Shown here piece after piece: positions 20,233 to 30,272 of a DNA stretch of 32,000 bases (its first letter is position 1; every line of letters begins with the position of its first letter). The notes below the pieces were generated by a model that saw only the letters and a program-made list of their open reading frames with translations, did not search any database and was not told the DNA's origin. The DNA comes from Blochmannia endosymbiont of Camponotus nipponensis (GTDB taxonomy: Bacteria > Pseudomonadota > Gammaproteobacteria > Enterobacterales > Enterobacteriaceae). The stretch lies in NCBI RefSeq assembly GCF_009827135.1, contig NZ_CP046534.1:750001-782000 (forward strand). Reading direction: 5' to 3'. A program made the position numbers and the translations under genes.

Positions 20233-22161
20233 TTATTCCTCCATTTGATGAAGACTGTAATTATTAATTTCATGTAATAATTTTTTTATAAACATATCAA
20301 TATCACAGTTGATTAGTTCTTTACCTCGATAAGTACGTATAGCCACTGTATTTTGATTCATTTCTTTATCTCCACAAATTAACATATAAGGTACACGTTG
20401 TAAGGTGTAGTAACGAATTTTAAATCCTATCTTTTCATTTCTCAAATCTACCTTTGTTCTTATTTTTTTATTTATTAATTTGTTTTCTACAATAGAAATA
20501 TACTTGGTTTGCTGATCAGTAACATTCATGAGGACAACTTGTATTGGAGCTAACCATGTTGGGAAAAATCCTGCATATTCTTCTGTAATTAAACCAATAA
20601 ACCGTTCCATGGAACCAAAGATCGCTCTATGAATCATTACAGGAGCTACACGGTTATTATTATGATCAATATAACGTGCATTCAATACATTTGGCAAAGA
20701 AAAATCCAGTTGTATTGTACCACATTGCCAAGTTCTATCTAAAGAATCAAGTAAAATAAATTCTATTTTAGGACCATAAAATGCACCATCATTAGGTTGA
20801 TATTGAAATATAATATTATTATGCTGAAGAGCGGTAGACAGATGTTGTTCTGCCACATCCCATGTTGAATCTGAGCCAATCCGTTTTTTAGGACGAGTAG
20901 ATAATTTTACCAAAATTTTTTTAAAACCAAATGTATTATACACATAGTACATCATTTTAATACAGTTATTTAATTCTTCGAATATTTGTGTTGTTGTACA
21001 AAAAATATGCCCATCATCTTGAGTAAATTCTCGTGTTCTCATAAGTCCATGTAACGATCCAGATAATTCATTTCTATGACAATTTCCAAATTCAGCTACA
21101 CGATAAGGCAAATCCCTGTAAGACTTAATACCTTGATTAAAAATTTGAATATGTCCAGGACAGCTCATCGGCTTAATACAATATTCATGATTTTCTGAAC
21201 AAGTAGTAAACATATGTTCATGATAATTATCCCAGTGGCCTGTTTTTTTCCATAATACATGATCAATCATAATAGGACTTTTAACTTCCTGGTAATTATA
21301 TGTTTTCAATTGTATACGTATGAATTTTTTTAATTCTTGTAATAAAATCCAACCATTTTCATGCCAAAACACCATACCGGGTGCATCTTTTTGTATGTGA
21401 TACAAATGTAATTTTTTTGCAAGATCACGATGATCATGTTTTTTAGGTTCTTGTAATACATTTTTGTGAATTACATATTGTTGTGTTTTAGATTCATGAA
21501 AACCATAAACACGTTGCAATTTTTTATTTTTACTGTTTCCACGCCAATATGAAGTAGTAATCTTATACAATTTAAAATTACGACAAAAACTAATATTAGG
21601 TACATGTGGACCACGACACATATCTATATATTCTTCATGATAATACAATCCAATATGTTCAGTAGGGTTAATATTTTCGTTTAAAATGAATAGTTTATAC
21701 ATTTCATTAAGCGCGAGAAAAATTTTTTTTGCTTGTTTCCAGGTAACATTTTTTTTTACAACATCATAATTTTTATTAGCAATATGTACCATACGTTTCT
21801 CTAAAATTGGCAAATCATCATATGTCAAGCGATAATCAAGATCTATATCATAATAAAATCCTGTACTTGTTACTAAACCGAGTACCATTTTAGCTTTAGG
21901 CCACAATTGTTTCATTGCACGTCCTAACAAATGCGCACAAGAATGGCGAATTACACGTAATCCTACATTATCTCCTGCATTAATGCACTCCAATGTTGAA
22001 TGATGATATATTAAATCAGCAATATCAATAAGCTTTCCATTGCTCTGTGCGGCCACACAATTTTTAAATAAACTCAAATTTACATCTTTAAAAACTTCTA
22101 AAGGAGATACAGGTTTATCATATCTATATTGATTTCCATTACTTAAAGTGATAACAAGCAT
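20233..22161 (-). CDS. thrS: threonine--tRNA ligase
   Basis: 642 aa from ATG 22161 (MLVITLSNG versus E. coli MPVITLPDG). The ORF-track start at 22164 is a TTG one codon upstream. The TGS and editing domains are present. The class II core (CRGPHV, FTQDDGHIF, GAFYGPKIE) and the anticodon-binding domain are conserved. Confidence 0.96.
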   Translation of the reverse strand: MLVITLSNGNQYRYDKPVSPLEVFKDVNLSLFKNCVAAQSNGKLIDIADLIYHHSTLECINAGDNVGLRVIRHSCAHLLGRAMKQLWPKAKMVLGLVTSTGFYYDIDLDYRLTYDDLPILEKRMVHIANKNYDVVKKNVTWKQAKKIFLALNEMYKLFILNENINPTEHIGLYYHEEYIDMCRGPHVPNISFCRNFKLYKITTSYWRGNSKNKKLQRVYGFHESKTQQYVIHKNVLQEPKKHDHRDLAKKLHLYHIQKDAPGMVFWHENGWILLQELKKFIRIQLKTYNYQEVKSPIMIDHVLWKKTGHWDNYHEHMFTTCSENHEYCIKPMSCPGHIQIFNQGIKSYRDLPYRVAEFGNCHRNELSGSLHGLMRTREFTQDDGHIFCTTTQIFEELNNCIKMMYYVYNTFGFKKILVKLSTRPKKRIGSDSTWDVAEQHLSTALQHNNIIFQYQPNDGAFYGPKIEFILLDSLDRTWQCGTIQLDFSLPNVLNARYIDHNNNRVAPVMIHRAIFGSMERFIGLITEEYAGFFPTWLAPIQVVLMNVTDQQTKYISIVENKLINKKIRTKVDLRNEKIGFKIRYYTLQRVPYMLICGDKEMNQNTVAIRTYRGKELINCDIDMFIKKLLHEINNYSLHQMEE

Positions 22162-23113
22162 CAACTATTTCCTTGTATTATTAATATCATGATATATATA
22201 TCATGATAGAAATTGAATTTTTTTAAGTTTATTTAATAATTTTTTATCATGCAATATAATACAATGTATAACATAACATACTAAATATTTTATTATATTA
22301 TTATATTATCCATATTGTTATTAACGATATGGATAAATTAGTTATAAAATAAACAACAAAATATCCTTGTATAATATTACGACGGATCCATTAATGATAT
22401 GTGATAGTTTATTGATCATATAGCGACTCCTAAATAATTCAATCATAATATTATTGCTCTTGAAAGAATATAAAGTCTAAAACTGCATCGAATTTAAAAA
22501 TTGATATTTTAGTATATTGATAATGACAAATATAATTTTTCACTAATATATATACACACTTTTTCAAAAATAGGTACATTCAACTTATATGTGAATGTTA
22601 ATTATTTTTATAGTCCATTGAATACCCAAATTTTTAACTAACAAATAGTATTTATCTTAACATTCAAGAAATCTATCAATAATACATTTATAACTCTTGC
22701 TATTGTAACATTACAAAGATTTTTTTATTTTTCTTTACATAGCCAATTATTTTTATATTAATATTTTTAATGATATCATTAGTACTAATGCACTATAAAA
22801 TTTATTAAAAAAAATTAACGTTTGTTTTAACTCTATTGAGATTATAATAATTTTTGAAAAAAATTAAATATATAACTCTATTATTATTATTATTGATAGT
22901 AATATTTTTTATGTTTTATATCAAAATCTTTTAAATAGATATTACCATAATATATTATTTTTAATATTATAAACGCTTTATATTTCATAAACATTAAATA
23001 ATTTCAGATATTTAATAAATTGTAAAAAATCATATTTTTATTTTTTTTTGATTAATTTTAAATTAAAACATGTTATTAGTATTATTACATTCAAGAATGT
23101 AAGTACATAATTT

Positions 23114-23947
23114 TTAAAAAGATTTAACTAGTTCATCAATAACTTTCATTTGTTTCAAAAAATGTTCTAACTGATTTAACGGTAACGCAGAAGATCCATC
23201 ACACTTAGCTTGATTCGGATTTGGGTGTGCTTCAAGAAATAATCCAGCAATACCTATTGCTATACTAGCTCTAGCTATATCATAAATTTGTATGTTTCTT
23301 CCCCCAGAAGTAGAACTTAATGGATTACGCATTTGCAAAGCATGTGTAACATCTACTATTATTGGGCAGCCTCCGGAAACGCGATTCATTGTATTCAATC
23401 CTAACATATCCACTATCAAGTTATCATAACCAAATACAGTTCCTCTTTCACATAAAATTATATTATTATTACTACATGAACGACATTTTTTAACAATATG
23501 TACAATTTGCGTTGGGCTCATGTACTGCGGTTTTTTTATGTTAATTGGCATCCCAGTTTGTGCAATAGATATAATTAAATCGGTTTGACGAGCTAAAAAC
23601 GCGGGAACCTGTAATACATCCACCACTTTTGATACAGTTTTTACTTGGTCTACTTCATGTATATCAGTCATAAGTTTTACTCCAAATATTTCCTGTAGTT
23701 CTTGAAGTAAACTTAAACCCTCCTCTAATCCTGGTCCCCGATATGAATTAATTGACGAACGGTTTGCTTTATCGAAAGATGCTTTAAATATATAGGGTAT
23801 ATTTAATTTATGGGTTACATTAATATAATGTTCGCAAATCCTCATGGCTATATCTCGTGACTCTAAAACATTCATCCCCCCAAATAATACGAACGGTAAA
23901 TTATTTGATACTTTTATATCGACAATCTCAACTATCAATTGTTGCAT
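23114..23947 (-). CDS. kdsA: 3-deoxy-8-phosphooctulonate (KDO-8-P) synthase
   Basis: 277 aa. [50 protein letters not shown] and [11 protein letters not shown] match E. coli KdsA (284 aa). Confidence 0.95.
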   Translation of the reverse strand: MQQLIVEIVDIKVSNNLPFVLFGGMNVLESRDIAMRICEHYINVTHKLNIPYIFKASFDKANRSSINSYRGPGLEEGLSLLQELQEIFGVKLMTDIHEVDQVKTVSKVVDVLQVPAFLARQTDLIISIAQTGMPINIKKPQYMSPTQIVHIVKKCRSCSNNNIILCERGTVFGYDNLIVDMLGLNTMNRVSGGCPIIVDVTHALQMRNPLSSTSGGRNIQIYDIARASIAIGIAGLFLEAHPNPNQAKCDGSSALPLNQLEHFLKQMKVIDELVKSF

Positions 23948-24196
23948 ATATTATATTTCCAAATATTTTTAATATTAAATACATAAAAATTTGTGATTTT
24001 TATTGTTATCATCATGATTAACTGTGTAATTTAATATTATAACACTTACTCTATAAAGATAAAAAGTAGATAAATTGGAGTCTTATACAATCATACCAAC
24101 CGTGATTTTATTTTTATTATGTTTTTAACACAATGATCGGAAATTATATTATTCTAATAATTAAATATATTTATAGTATATCTCTCTATATAAAGA

Positions 24197-25033
24197 TTAA
24201 TGAGATCGCCATTTTCCATACGTCACACGTTCATAGTAATGATAATCGCGTATTGTATGAATATGAGTAAATCCAAATCTACAAAATAATGTGCGTATAT
24301 AATTTCCTTGATTCCATCCATGTTCCAAAGCTAACCAACCATTACAGTGTAAATGTTGAATGGAATATTTACAAATTATTTTTAGATCTGCTAATCCTGA
24401 TTCTTTTGAAACCAATGCATTTTTAGGTTCAAAAATCATGTCATTAGATTGTAAACATGAATCGTTTTCATCAATATATGGTGGATTGCTAACAATAAGA
24501 TTGAATTTATTTCCTATTAAATATTTAAACCAATCTCCATATACAAATTTTATATTTTTAAAATTGAACAAACGCTGATTTTTAAGAGCGAGCCATAATG
24601 CTTGTTTCTGACAATCTACTCCTGTAATACTCCAATTTGGCCGTTCTGACGCAAGAGCTAAAGCTATTGTACCTATTCCAGAGCCTAGGTCTAAAACATC
24701 TAAATGAGATACTTTTAACAAATCCAACACATGCTGTATCAAACATTCAGTATCTGGTCGAGGAATAAATACGCCGGGTGAGACCTTAAGATTTAAGGAC
24801 CAAAATTCTTTTGAACCAATTAAATAAGCTATAGGTTCTCCTTTTTTTCTACGATGAATTAAAGATTCTAACTGAATAATAGTATCATGTTCTAGTAGTG
24901 ATTCACCAAATGCTAACAATTGAGCACGAGACTTTCTAGTAACTTGCCCTAAAATAATTTCTGCATCTCTTTTAGGGCTCATAGATTTTTTTAGTTTTAA
25001 ACTAGCCCAAAATAACCATTGATCCCATGTCAT
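24197..25033 (-). CDS. prmC: release-factor glutamine N5-methyltransferase
   Basis: 278 aa. It has the SAM-binding [15 protein letters not shown] and the catalytic NPPY (SNPPYI). GEPIAYL..FWSL and PRPDTE match E. coli PrmC/HemK. The start overlaps the prfA stop (ATGA). Confidence 0.94.
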   Translation of the reverse strand: MTWDQWLFWASLKLKKSMSPKRDAEIILGQVTRKSRAQLLAFGESLLEHDTIIQLESLIHRRKKGEPIAYLIGSKEFWSLNLKVSPGVFIPRPDTECLIQHVLDLLKVSHLDVLDLGSGIGTIALALASERPNWSITGVDCQKQALWLALKNQRLFNFKNIKFVYGDWFKYLIGNKFNLIVSNPPYIDENDSCLQSNDMIFEPKNALVSKESGLADLKIICKYSIQHLHCNGWLALEHGWNQGNYIRTLFCRFGFTHIHTIRDYHYYERVTYGKWRSH

Positions 25034-26115
25034 GATTCTAACTCTAATAATTTATCAAGTTGATCCGATTGATATTTATTAATAATAGGTTGTATTAAAA
25101 TATCCAACTCTCCGTTCATTATATCACTTAATTGATAAGATGTAAAAGAAATACGATGATCAGTAACACGGCCTTGATGAAAATTATACGTACGAATTCG
25201 ATCAGACCGGTCTCCAGTACCTAATAAGTTACGTCGGGTACAAGATGCTTTCTGTTGTCGACGTTTCATTTCAATAGCATGTAATCGAGAGCCTAACACT
25301 GATAGTGCTTTAGCCTTATTTTTGTGTTGAGATCGTTCGTCCTGGCATTCGACGACTAATCCACTTGGAATATGGGTAATTCGAATTGCAGAATCAGTAG
25401 TATTCACATGTTGCCCTCCGGCACCTGATGATCGAAAGGTATCGATTCTTAACTCATGAGGATCAATATTAGGTAATTCAACATTTGGTATTTCTGGAAT
25501 TACGGCGATTGTACAAGTAGAAGTATGAATTCGACCTTGAGATTCAGTATGTGGTATTCTTTGTACACGATGCCCTCCAGATTCAAATTTTAATAAATTA
25601 TACGCTCCTTTATAAGAAATTTTAGTAATAATTTCTTTATAACCACCGCATTCGCCATAAGTGGCATTAATAACTTCCATTTTCCATCGACGTACTTCTG
25701 AATAACGAACATACATACGAAATAATTCTCCTGTAAAAATTGCTGCTTCTTTTCCACCAGTTCCAGCTCGCAGTTCAACAAAACAACCTAATTTATCATT
25801 AGGATCTACAGGTAATAGCAATATTTTTAAATTTTTCTCAAGATGACACTGAGTTAAATAAAATGTTTTTAACTCATCTTGAACGATGTCATACATATCA
25901 ACATCTTCAAGCATTTTTTGTGTATTAATAATTTTTTGTTTAATGTCTAACCAACGTCTAAAACAAATAACTATTTCAGATAACCGTGCATGTTCTTTAG
26001 ATAATATATAAAAACGTTTTTTATCACCCATAACATTAGGTGTAATGAGCAATTTTTCTAATATGTTAAAACGTTTCTGTAAGATCATTAGTTTATTTAT
26101 AATAATAGGATTCAT
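25030..26115 (-). CDS. prfA: peptide chain release factor 1
   Basis: 361 aa (E. coli 360). It has the GGQ motif ([16 protein letters not shown]) and the PxT discriminator tripeptide at 188-190 (here P-H-T). Long identical blocks run the full length. Confidence 0.96.
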   Translation of the reverse strand: MNPIIINKLMILQKRFNILEKLLITPNVMGDKKRFYILSKEHARLSEIVICFRRWLDIKQKIINTQKMLEDVDMYDIVQDELKTFYLTQCHLEKNLKILLLPVDPNDKLGCFVELRAGTGGKEAAIFTGELFRMYVRYSEVRRWKMEVINATYGECGGYKEIITKISYKGAYNLLKFESGGHRVQRIPHTESQGRIHTSTCTIAVIPEIPNVELPNIDPHELRIDTFRSSGAGGQHVNTTDSAIRITHIPSGLVVECQDERSQHKNKAKALSVLGSRLHAIEMKRRQQKASCTRRNLLGTGDRSDRIRTYNFHQGRVTDHRISFTSYQLSDIMNGELDILIQPIINKYQSDQLDKLLELES

Positions 26116-27402
26116 ATGTATTTGTCTTAAGATGAGATAAATTTTTGTTAAAATAAAAAATAAAATTATATTGATAGTGATTAATATATTTTAAAAATAT
26201 ATTGCATTTGTGAATAATTTTTGATTTATCTATGTGATCATAAATTATGTTTGAACCATGGCTAGATATAAATCCCAAATCGACATTGTATGTGTATTAT
26301 GAACAACATATAAAATATCAACACACATAAAATTATATCACATATTTTTTTATAAAAAATTTAGTTTTTTATTTTTCATCTTTAAAAATGTAAAGTAATG
26401 AGTTTTTATTATTAAATAAATTCTAAACAGTTATTTAACAAATTGTATCGTATATAAATTAAAATTACTAAATACTTGACGATTATATCATTCAGGAATA
26501 ACGTTTCATCATATTAACTATTTATATAATACATTTATACATTTATATATTTTAATAAACAATTAAAAAATTAAATTTATTAAAAGCAAAAAAATTAAAT
26601 AAAAATTATATGTTGTTATATAAATGTTAAACATTAGATTAGATACATATCTATACAACTTAAAATATTATTTTTTATAAATAAAGGATAGATAATTATG
26701 TGCTAAATATAGATTTAAATATTTTTGTGATAAATATTAAAATCTATATTTTTATAATAACTTTTTTAAAATTTAAATTTAAATGTATCAAATACATATG
26801 TTTCAATTATTTATATGACGATTTTATTTATATTTTTTGTGTTCAGCAGCAAAATTTTAGTCTGTATAAAAATAAATTAATATGTAGGTAGAATCGATAT
26901 TAAAAAATTAATATCCTAAATATTTAGTTATCCAACACATGGTACTGTTGTTTACACAATGAACTATCATAATCAAATTTACATTAAAATTTATTTAGAA
27001 TCATAATAATAGTAATTATTATATAAAATTATTTAATGTTTTTAAATTAACTATCATCTCTATATCTGTAGAAAATGGAATTATTTATATTTCAAACAGT
27101 ATAATTCATTAAAATGATGATTTTACAAACGAAATGAAAAAATGGGATTAGGATAGTAAATATCAGCTATTTTTTGAAACAATTGCAACAACGGAGTATT
27201 GAATTGACTAGTAGTAATGTAGAATATAATCTAAACACTATCAATTATCTATCGCATATAAATTATTGGCCATAACGATAAAAATATATCTATATTTTGT
27301 CGTCGTAATTATATTATTAATATAATAACACTACTTAAATTTTTAGAAGCATATTGCGATCAACATCATATTTAAGTTAATAATAAATAATTGGAATATA
27401 CC

Positions 27403-28269
27403 ATGAACTATTATCAATGGCCTTCTCCAGGGAAAATTAATTTGTTTTTATATATAATCGGGCGTCGTTTAGACGGTTATCATTATCTACAGACATTATT
27501 TCAATTTATTGATTATGGTGATACCATCAAAATATCGGTAACCAATAGTGGTAAAATTAGATTATTTACTGCTATGAAAAGTTTAATATATTGTAATAAT
27601 TTAATTATACAAGCAGCAAAATTACTACAACATTATTGTTGGCCGAATAAAAAACCAGTATTTGGTGCAGATATTTTTATTGATAAAGTTTTACCTATAG
27701 GTTCCGGTTTAGGAGGTGCTTCTTCTAATGCTGCAACTACATTGCTGATACTCAATCAAAAATGGCGTTGTTATTTGAATAAAAACGTTTTAATGGATTT
27801 AGGTTTGATGTTAGGCGCTGATGTACCAGTATTCATATATGGACATTCAACATTTGCCGAAGGTATTGGTGATATATTAACGCCAGTTTCCCTACCTGAA
27901 AAATGGTATCTCATTATCGTTCCTCCAATTAGCATCAGTACTTCGTGGGTCTTTCAAATGTATAAATTAAGGAATTATTGCTATTCTCCGTATCGTTCAA
28001 TGAGAGAATTATTGTCAATGTCATTTCGTAATGATTTCGAAAAAATTATAAAAGAGATATTCCCTGAAATAAATATATATTTTACGTGTTTATCACAATT
28101 TACATTAGCGCGACTTACAGGAACAGGTTCTTGTATTTTTTCTGAATTTAATACTGAATATTTAGCTTATCAAGTTCAAAGTTATTTACCATTATGGATC
28201 AAAAGTATTGTAACAAGAGGAATAAATTTATCCCCGTTACATCAAAAATTATTAAATTATAATAATTAG
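27403..28269 (+). CDS. ispE: 4-diphosphocytidyl-2-C-methyl-D-erythritol kinase
   Basis: ATG 27403 gives MNYYQWPSPGKINLFLYI, matching E. coli MRTQWPSPAKLNLFLYI. The ORF-track start at 27391 is TTG. The GHMP-kinase motif PIGSGLGGASSNAA is present, as are GADVPVF and RLTGTGSC. Confidence 0.93.
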   Translation: MNYYQWPSPGKINLFLYIIGRRLDGYHYLQTLFQFIDYGDTIKISVTNSGKIRLFTAMKSLIYCNNLIIQAAKLLQHYCWPNKKPVFGADIFIDKVLPIGSGLGGASSNAATTLLILNQKWRCYLNKNVLMDLGLMLGADVPVFIYGHSTFAEGIGDILTPVSLPEKWYLIIVPPISISTSWVFQMYKLRNYCYSPYRSMRELLSMSFRNDFEKIIKEIFPEINIYFTCLSQFTLARLTGTGSCIFSEFNTEYLAYQVQSYLPLWIKSIVTRGINLSPLHQKLLNYNN

Positions 28270-28370
28270 CATTAGGATTTATATATTAATGAAAGCTATT
28301 ATTTTATTATTATGAATCATACAACCGTAATAATATTATTATAAACCTAAAATTACGAGACATTTTTAAT

Positions 28371-29309
28371 ATGAAACTTTTTACTGGCAATGCTGTCCCA
28401 GAATTGGCTCGACACATTGCTCATAGATTATACATTAATCTCGGCAAAGCTTCTGTTGGTCGTTTTAGTGATGGCGAAGTAAGTGTACAAATTGATGAAA
28501 ACGTACGCGGTGGAGATGTATTTATTATTCAATCTACTTGTGCTCCAACAAACGATAACTTAATGGAACTAATTGTTATGGTTGATGCATTAAGACGCGC
28601 ATCAGCTGCTAGAATTACCGCTGTAATTCCTTATTTTGGTTATGCCCGTCAAGATCGACGAGTACGATCTGCTAGAGTGCCCATTACTTCTAGGGTTGTG
28701 GCAAACTTTTTATCTAGTGTAGGAGTTGATCGTATTTTAACAGTAGATTTACATGCTGAACAAATACAAGGATTTTTTGATGTACCAGTAGATAATGTTT
28801 TTGGAAGTCCAATTTTATTAGAAGACATGATGCAACAAAATTTTAATAATCCTATCGTAGTATCTCCAGATATTGGAGGAGTAATACGCGCTCGTGCTAT
28901 TGCAAAGTTACTTAACGACACTGATATGGCGATTATAGATAAACGAAGATCTCGCGCCAATATTTCTCAAGTTATGCATATTATTGGTGATGTATGTAAT
29001 CGTGACTGTATATTGATAGATGATATGATTGATACTGGGGGAACATTATGTAAAGCCTCAGAAGTCTTAAAAGAAAGAGGAGCACGCCGTGTGTTTGCTT
29101 ATACTACTCATCCAATTTTCTCTGGAGATGCTTATGAGAATATTCAAAATTCTATGATTGATGAAATTATCGTTTGTGATACTATTCCATTAAAACAAAA
29201 AATAAAATCTTTACCTAATGTGCGTGTATTAACTTTATCTGGTATGCTTGCCGAGACAATTCGTCGTATCAGTAATGAAGAATCAATTTCTGCTATGTTT
29301 AAGCACTAA
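28371..29309 (+). CDS. prs: ribose-phosphate pyrophosphokinase (PRPP synthetase)
   Basis: 312 aa and very highly conserved: [39 protein letters not shown], the PRPP-binding [11 protein letters not shown], and the C-terminal [13 protein letters not shown]. Confidence 0.97.
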   Translation: MKLFTGNAVPELARHIAHRLYINLGKASVGRFSDGEVSVQIDENVRGGDVFIIQSTCAPTNDNLMELIVMVDALRRASAARITAVIPYFGYARQDRRVRSARVPITSRVVANFLSSVGVDRILTVDLHAEQIQGFFDVPVDNVFGSPILLEDMMQQNFNNPIVVSPDIGGVIRARAIAKLLNDTDMAIIDKRRSRANISQVMHIIGDVCNRDCILIDDMIDTGGTLCKASEVLKERGARRVFAYTTHPIFSGDAYENIQNSMIDEIIVCDTIPLKQKIKSLPNVRVLTLSGMLAETIRRISNEESISAMFKH

Positions 29310-29511
29310 CAAGATAATATTTGTATATCTGAAAAAAAGATAATACTATATAAAAATAATATGTTATTCATTGTAGTCAGCTCCAATTAAGCCATTAAAA
29401 ATAATAATGGAGTATTGGTAATTTACAAAAATAAACATTGATATACTATTCCAATGTATTTTATGAAAAGGATTTAAAATTATTTAAATATAATCCTCGT
29501 ATCAATAAAAA

Positions 29512-29541
29512 TTGACATCTACAATATGCTGAAATTAATAT
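29512..29541 (+). promoter_or_regulatory. candidate sigma70 promoter for pth-ychF
   Basis: A perfect -35 TTGACA (29512-29517) is followed after 17-18 nt by TTAATA/TAATAT (29535-29541), about 45 nt upstream of the pth ATG. The evidence is sequence match only. Confidence 0.3.
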
Positions 29542-29584
29542 TAATTAAGTTATAATTTAAAAGATCATGTGATGGTGTGTATAA

Positions 29585-30175
29585 ATGACTATTAAATTAA
29601 TTGCTGGATTAGGAAATTTTGGAACGAAATACTTCAATACTAGACATAATTTTGGTTCTCAATATGTTAAAATATTAGCAAAACGATATAAAGTAATACT
29701 AAAAAAAAATGACATATTATGTGGATATACTGGTCAATTAAAGTTAAAAAATAATATTGTATATTTACTTATACCAGATTCATATATGAATAATAATGGA
29801 CTTTCAATTTCTAAGTGTGTTAATTATTATCAATTATACTTAAAAGAAATATTGATAGTACATGATGATCTTGATTTACCACCCGGTGCAATACGTGTTA
29901 AATTAGGAAAAAAAATTAATGATAGTCATCATGGTTTAAGAAATGTTGTTATTAGACTTAATAATAAATCTGATTTTTATCGTTTACGTATTGGAATAGG
30001 CCATCCTGGAGATAAAAGTAAAGTGATTGATTTCGTGTTAAATAAACCATCTATTTATGAACAAGATAGGATCAATAATGTAATTAATAAGTCAATATTA
30101 CATACTGAAGACATAGTAACTGAAAAATTTATTAAAGTTATGAATACATTACATTCTTATAATCCTCATTCTTAA
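29585..30175 (+). CDS. pth: peptidyl-tRNA hydrolase
   Basis: 196 aa. MTIKLI.GLGN..., the catalytic-His context TRHNFG, FMNNNG, HDDLDLPPG and RLRIGIGHPGDK match E. coli Pth (194 aa). Confidence 0.94.
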   Translation: MTIKLIAGLGNFGTKYFNTRHNFGSQYVKILAKRYKVILKKNDILCGYTGQLKLKNNIVYLLIPDSYMNNNGLSISKCVNYYQLYLKEILIVHDDLDLPPGAIRVKLGKKINDSHHGLRNVVIRLNNKSDFYRLRIGIGHPGDKSKVIDFVLNKPSIYEQDRINNVINKSILHTEDIVTEKFIKVMNTLHSYNPHS

Positions 30176-30272
30176 TAAAAATTATTAATTTAAAAAACTT
30201 ATTGATTTTTTAATTATAAAAATAATTATCGTAATATTTAATTTAATATATTTTTTAATTGTTAAGGTCATT

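Noticed and set aside
22306-22336. 10-bp-stem inverted repeat whose arms are DnaA-box-like 9-mers (TTATCCATA / TATGGATAA) upstream of thrS
   Set aside because: Each arm matches TTATCCACA at only 8 of 9 positions. There is no cluster of further boxes or an adjacent AT-rich 13-mer array. Such near-matches are expected in AT-rich DNA, and Blochmannia-type genomes are reported to lack dnaA. It is not credible as an origin or a DnaA operator on this evidence.
24360-24578. 72-aa ORF antisense to prmC
   Set aside because: It lies inside the conserved methyltransferase core on the opposite strand, with no supporting signals.
25590-25781. 63-aa out-of-frame ORF within prfA
   Set aside because: It is on the same strand as prfA but in a different frame. 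The prfA frame is conserved end to end, so this one is spurious.
26605-26632. dif-like XerD arm (AAATGTTAAAC compared with TTATGTTAAAT)
   Set aside because: Only the ATGTTAAA core matches. The sequence at the expected XerC-arm position (ATTATATGTTG) bears no resemblance to GGTGCGCATAA.
26093-26891. Two roughly 61-63-aa ORFs in the prfA-ispE spacer (26093-26278 minus, 26700-26891 plus with a GTG start)
   Set aside because: Both give low-complexity, AT-codon products. One overlaps the prfA start, and the other begins at a GTG with no SD and spans the AT-rich inverted repeat.
26957-26975. ATGAACTATCATAATCAA resembles the ispE 5' end (ATGAACTATTATCAATGG at 27403), a possible partial duplication
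   Set aside because: Only a 9-mer plus scattered matches are shared. The upstream copy opens a 15-codon ORF with no SD. The similarity is within chance for AT-rich sequence.
28649-28960. 103-aa ORF antisense to prs
   Set aside because: It lies entirely inside the most conserved part of prs on the opposite strand. Its product is low-complexity with no recognisable motif or SD. It is the typical shadow ORF of a conserved gene.
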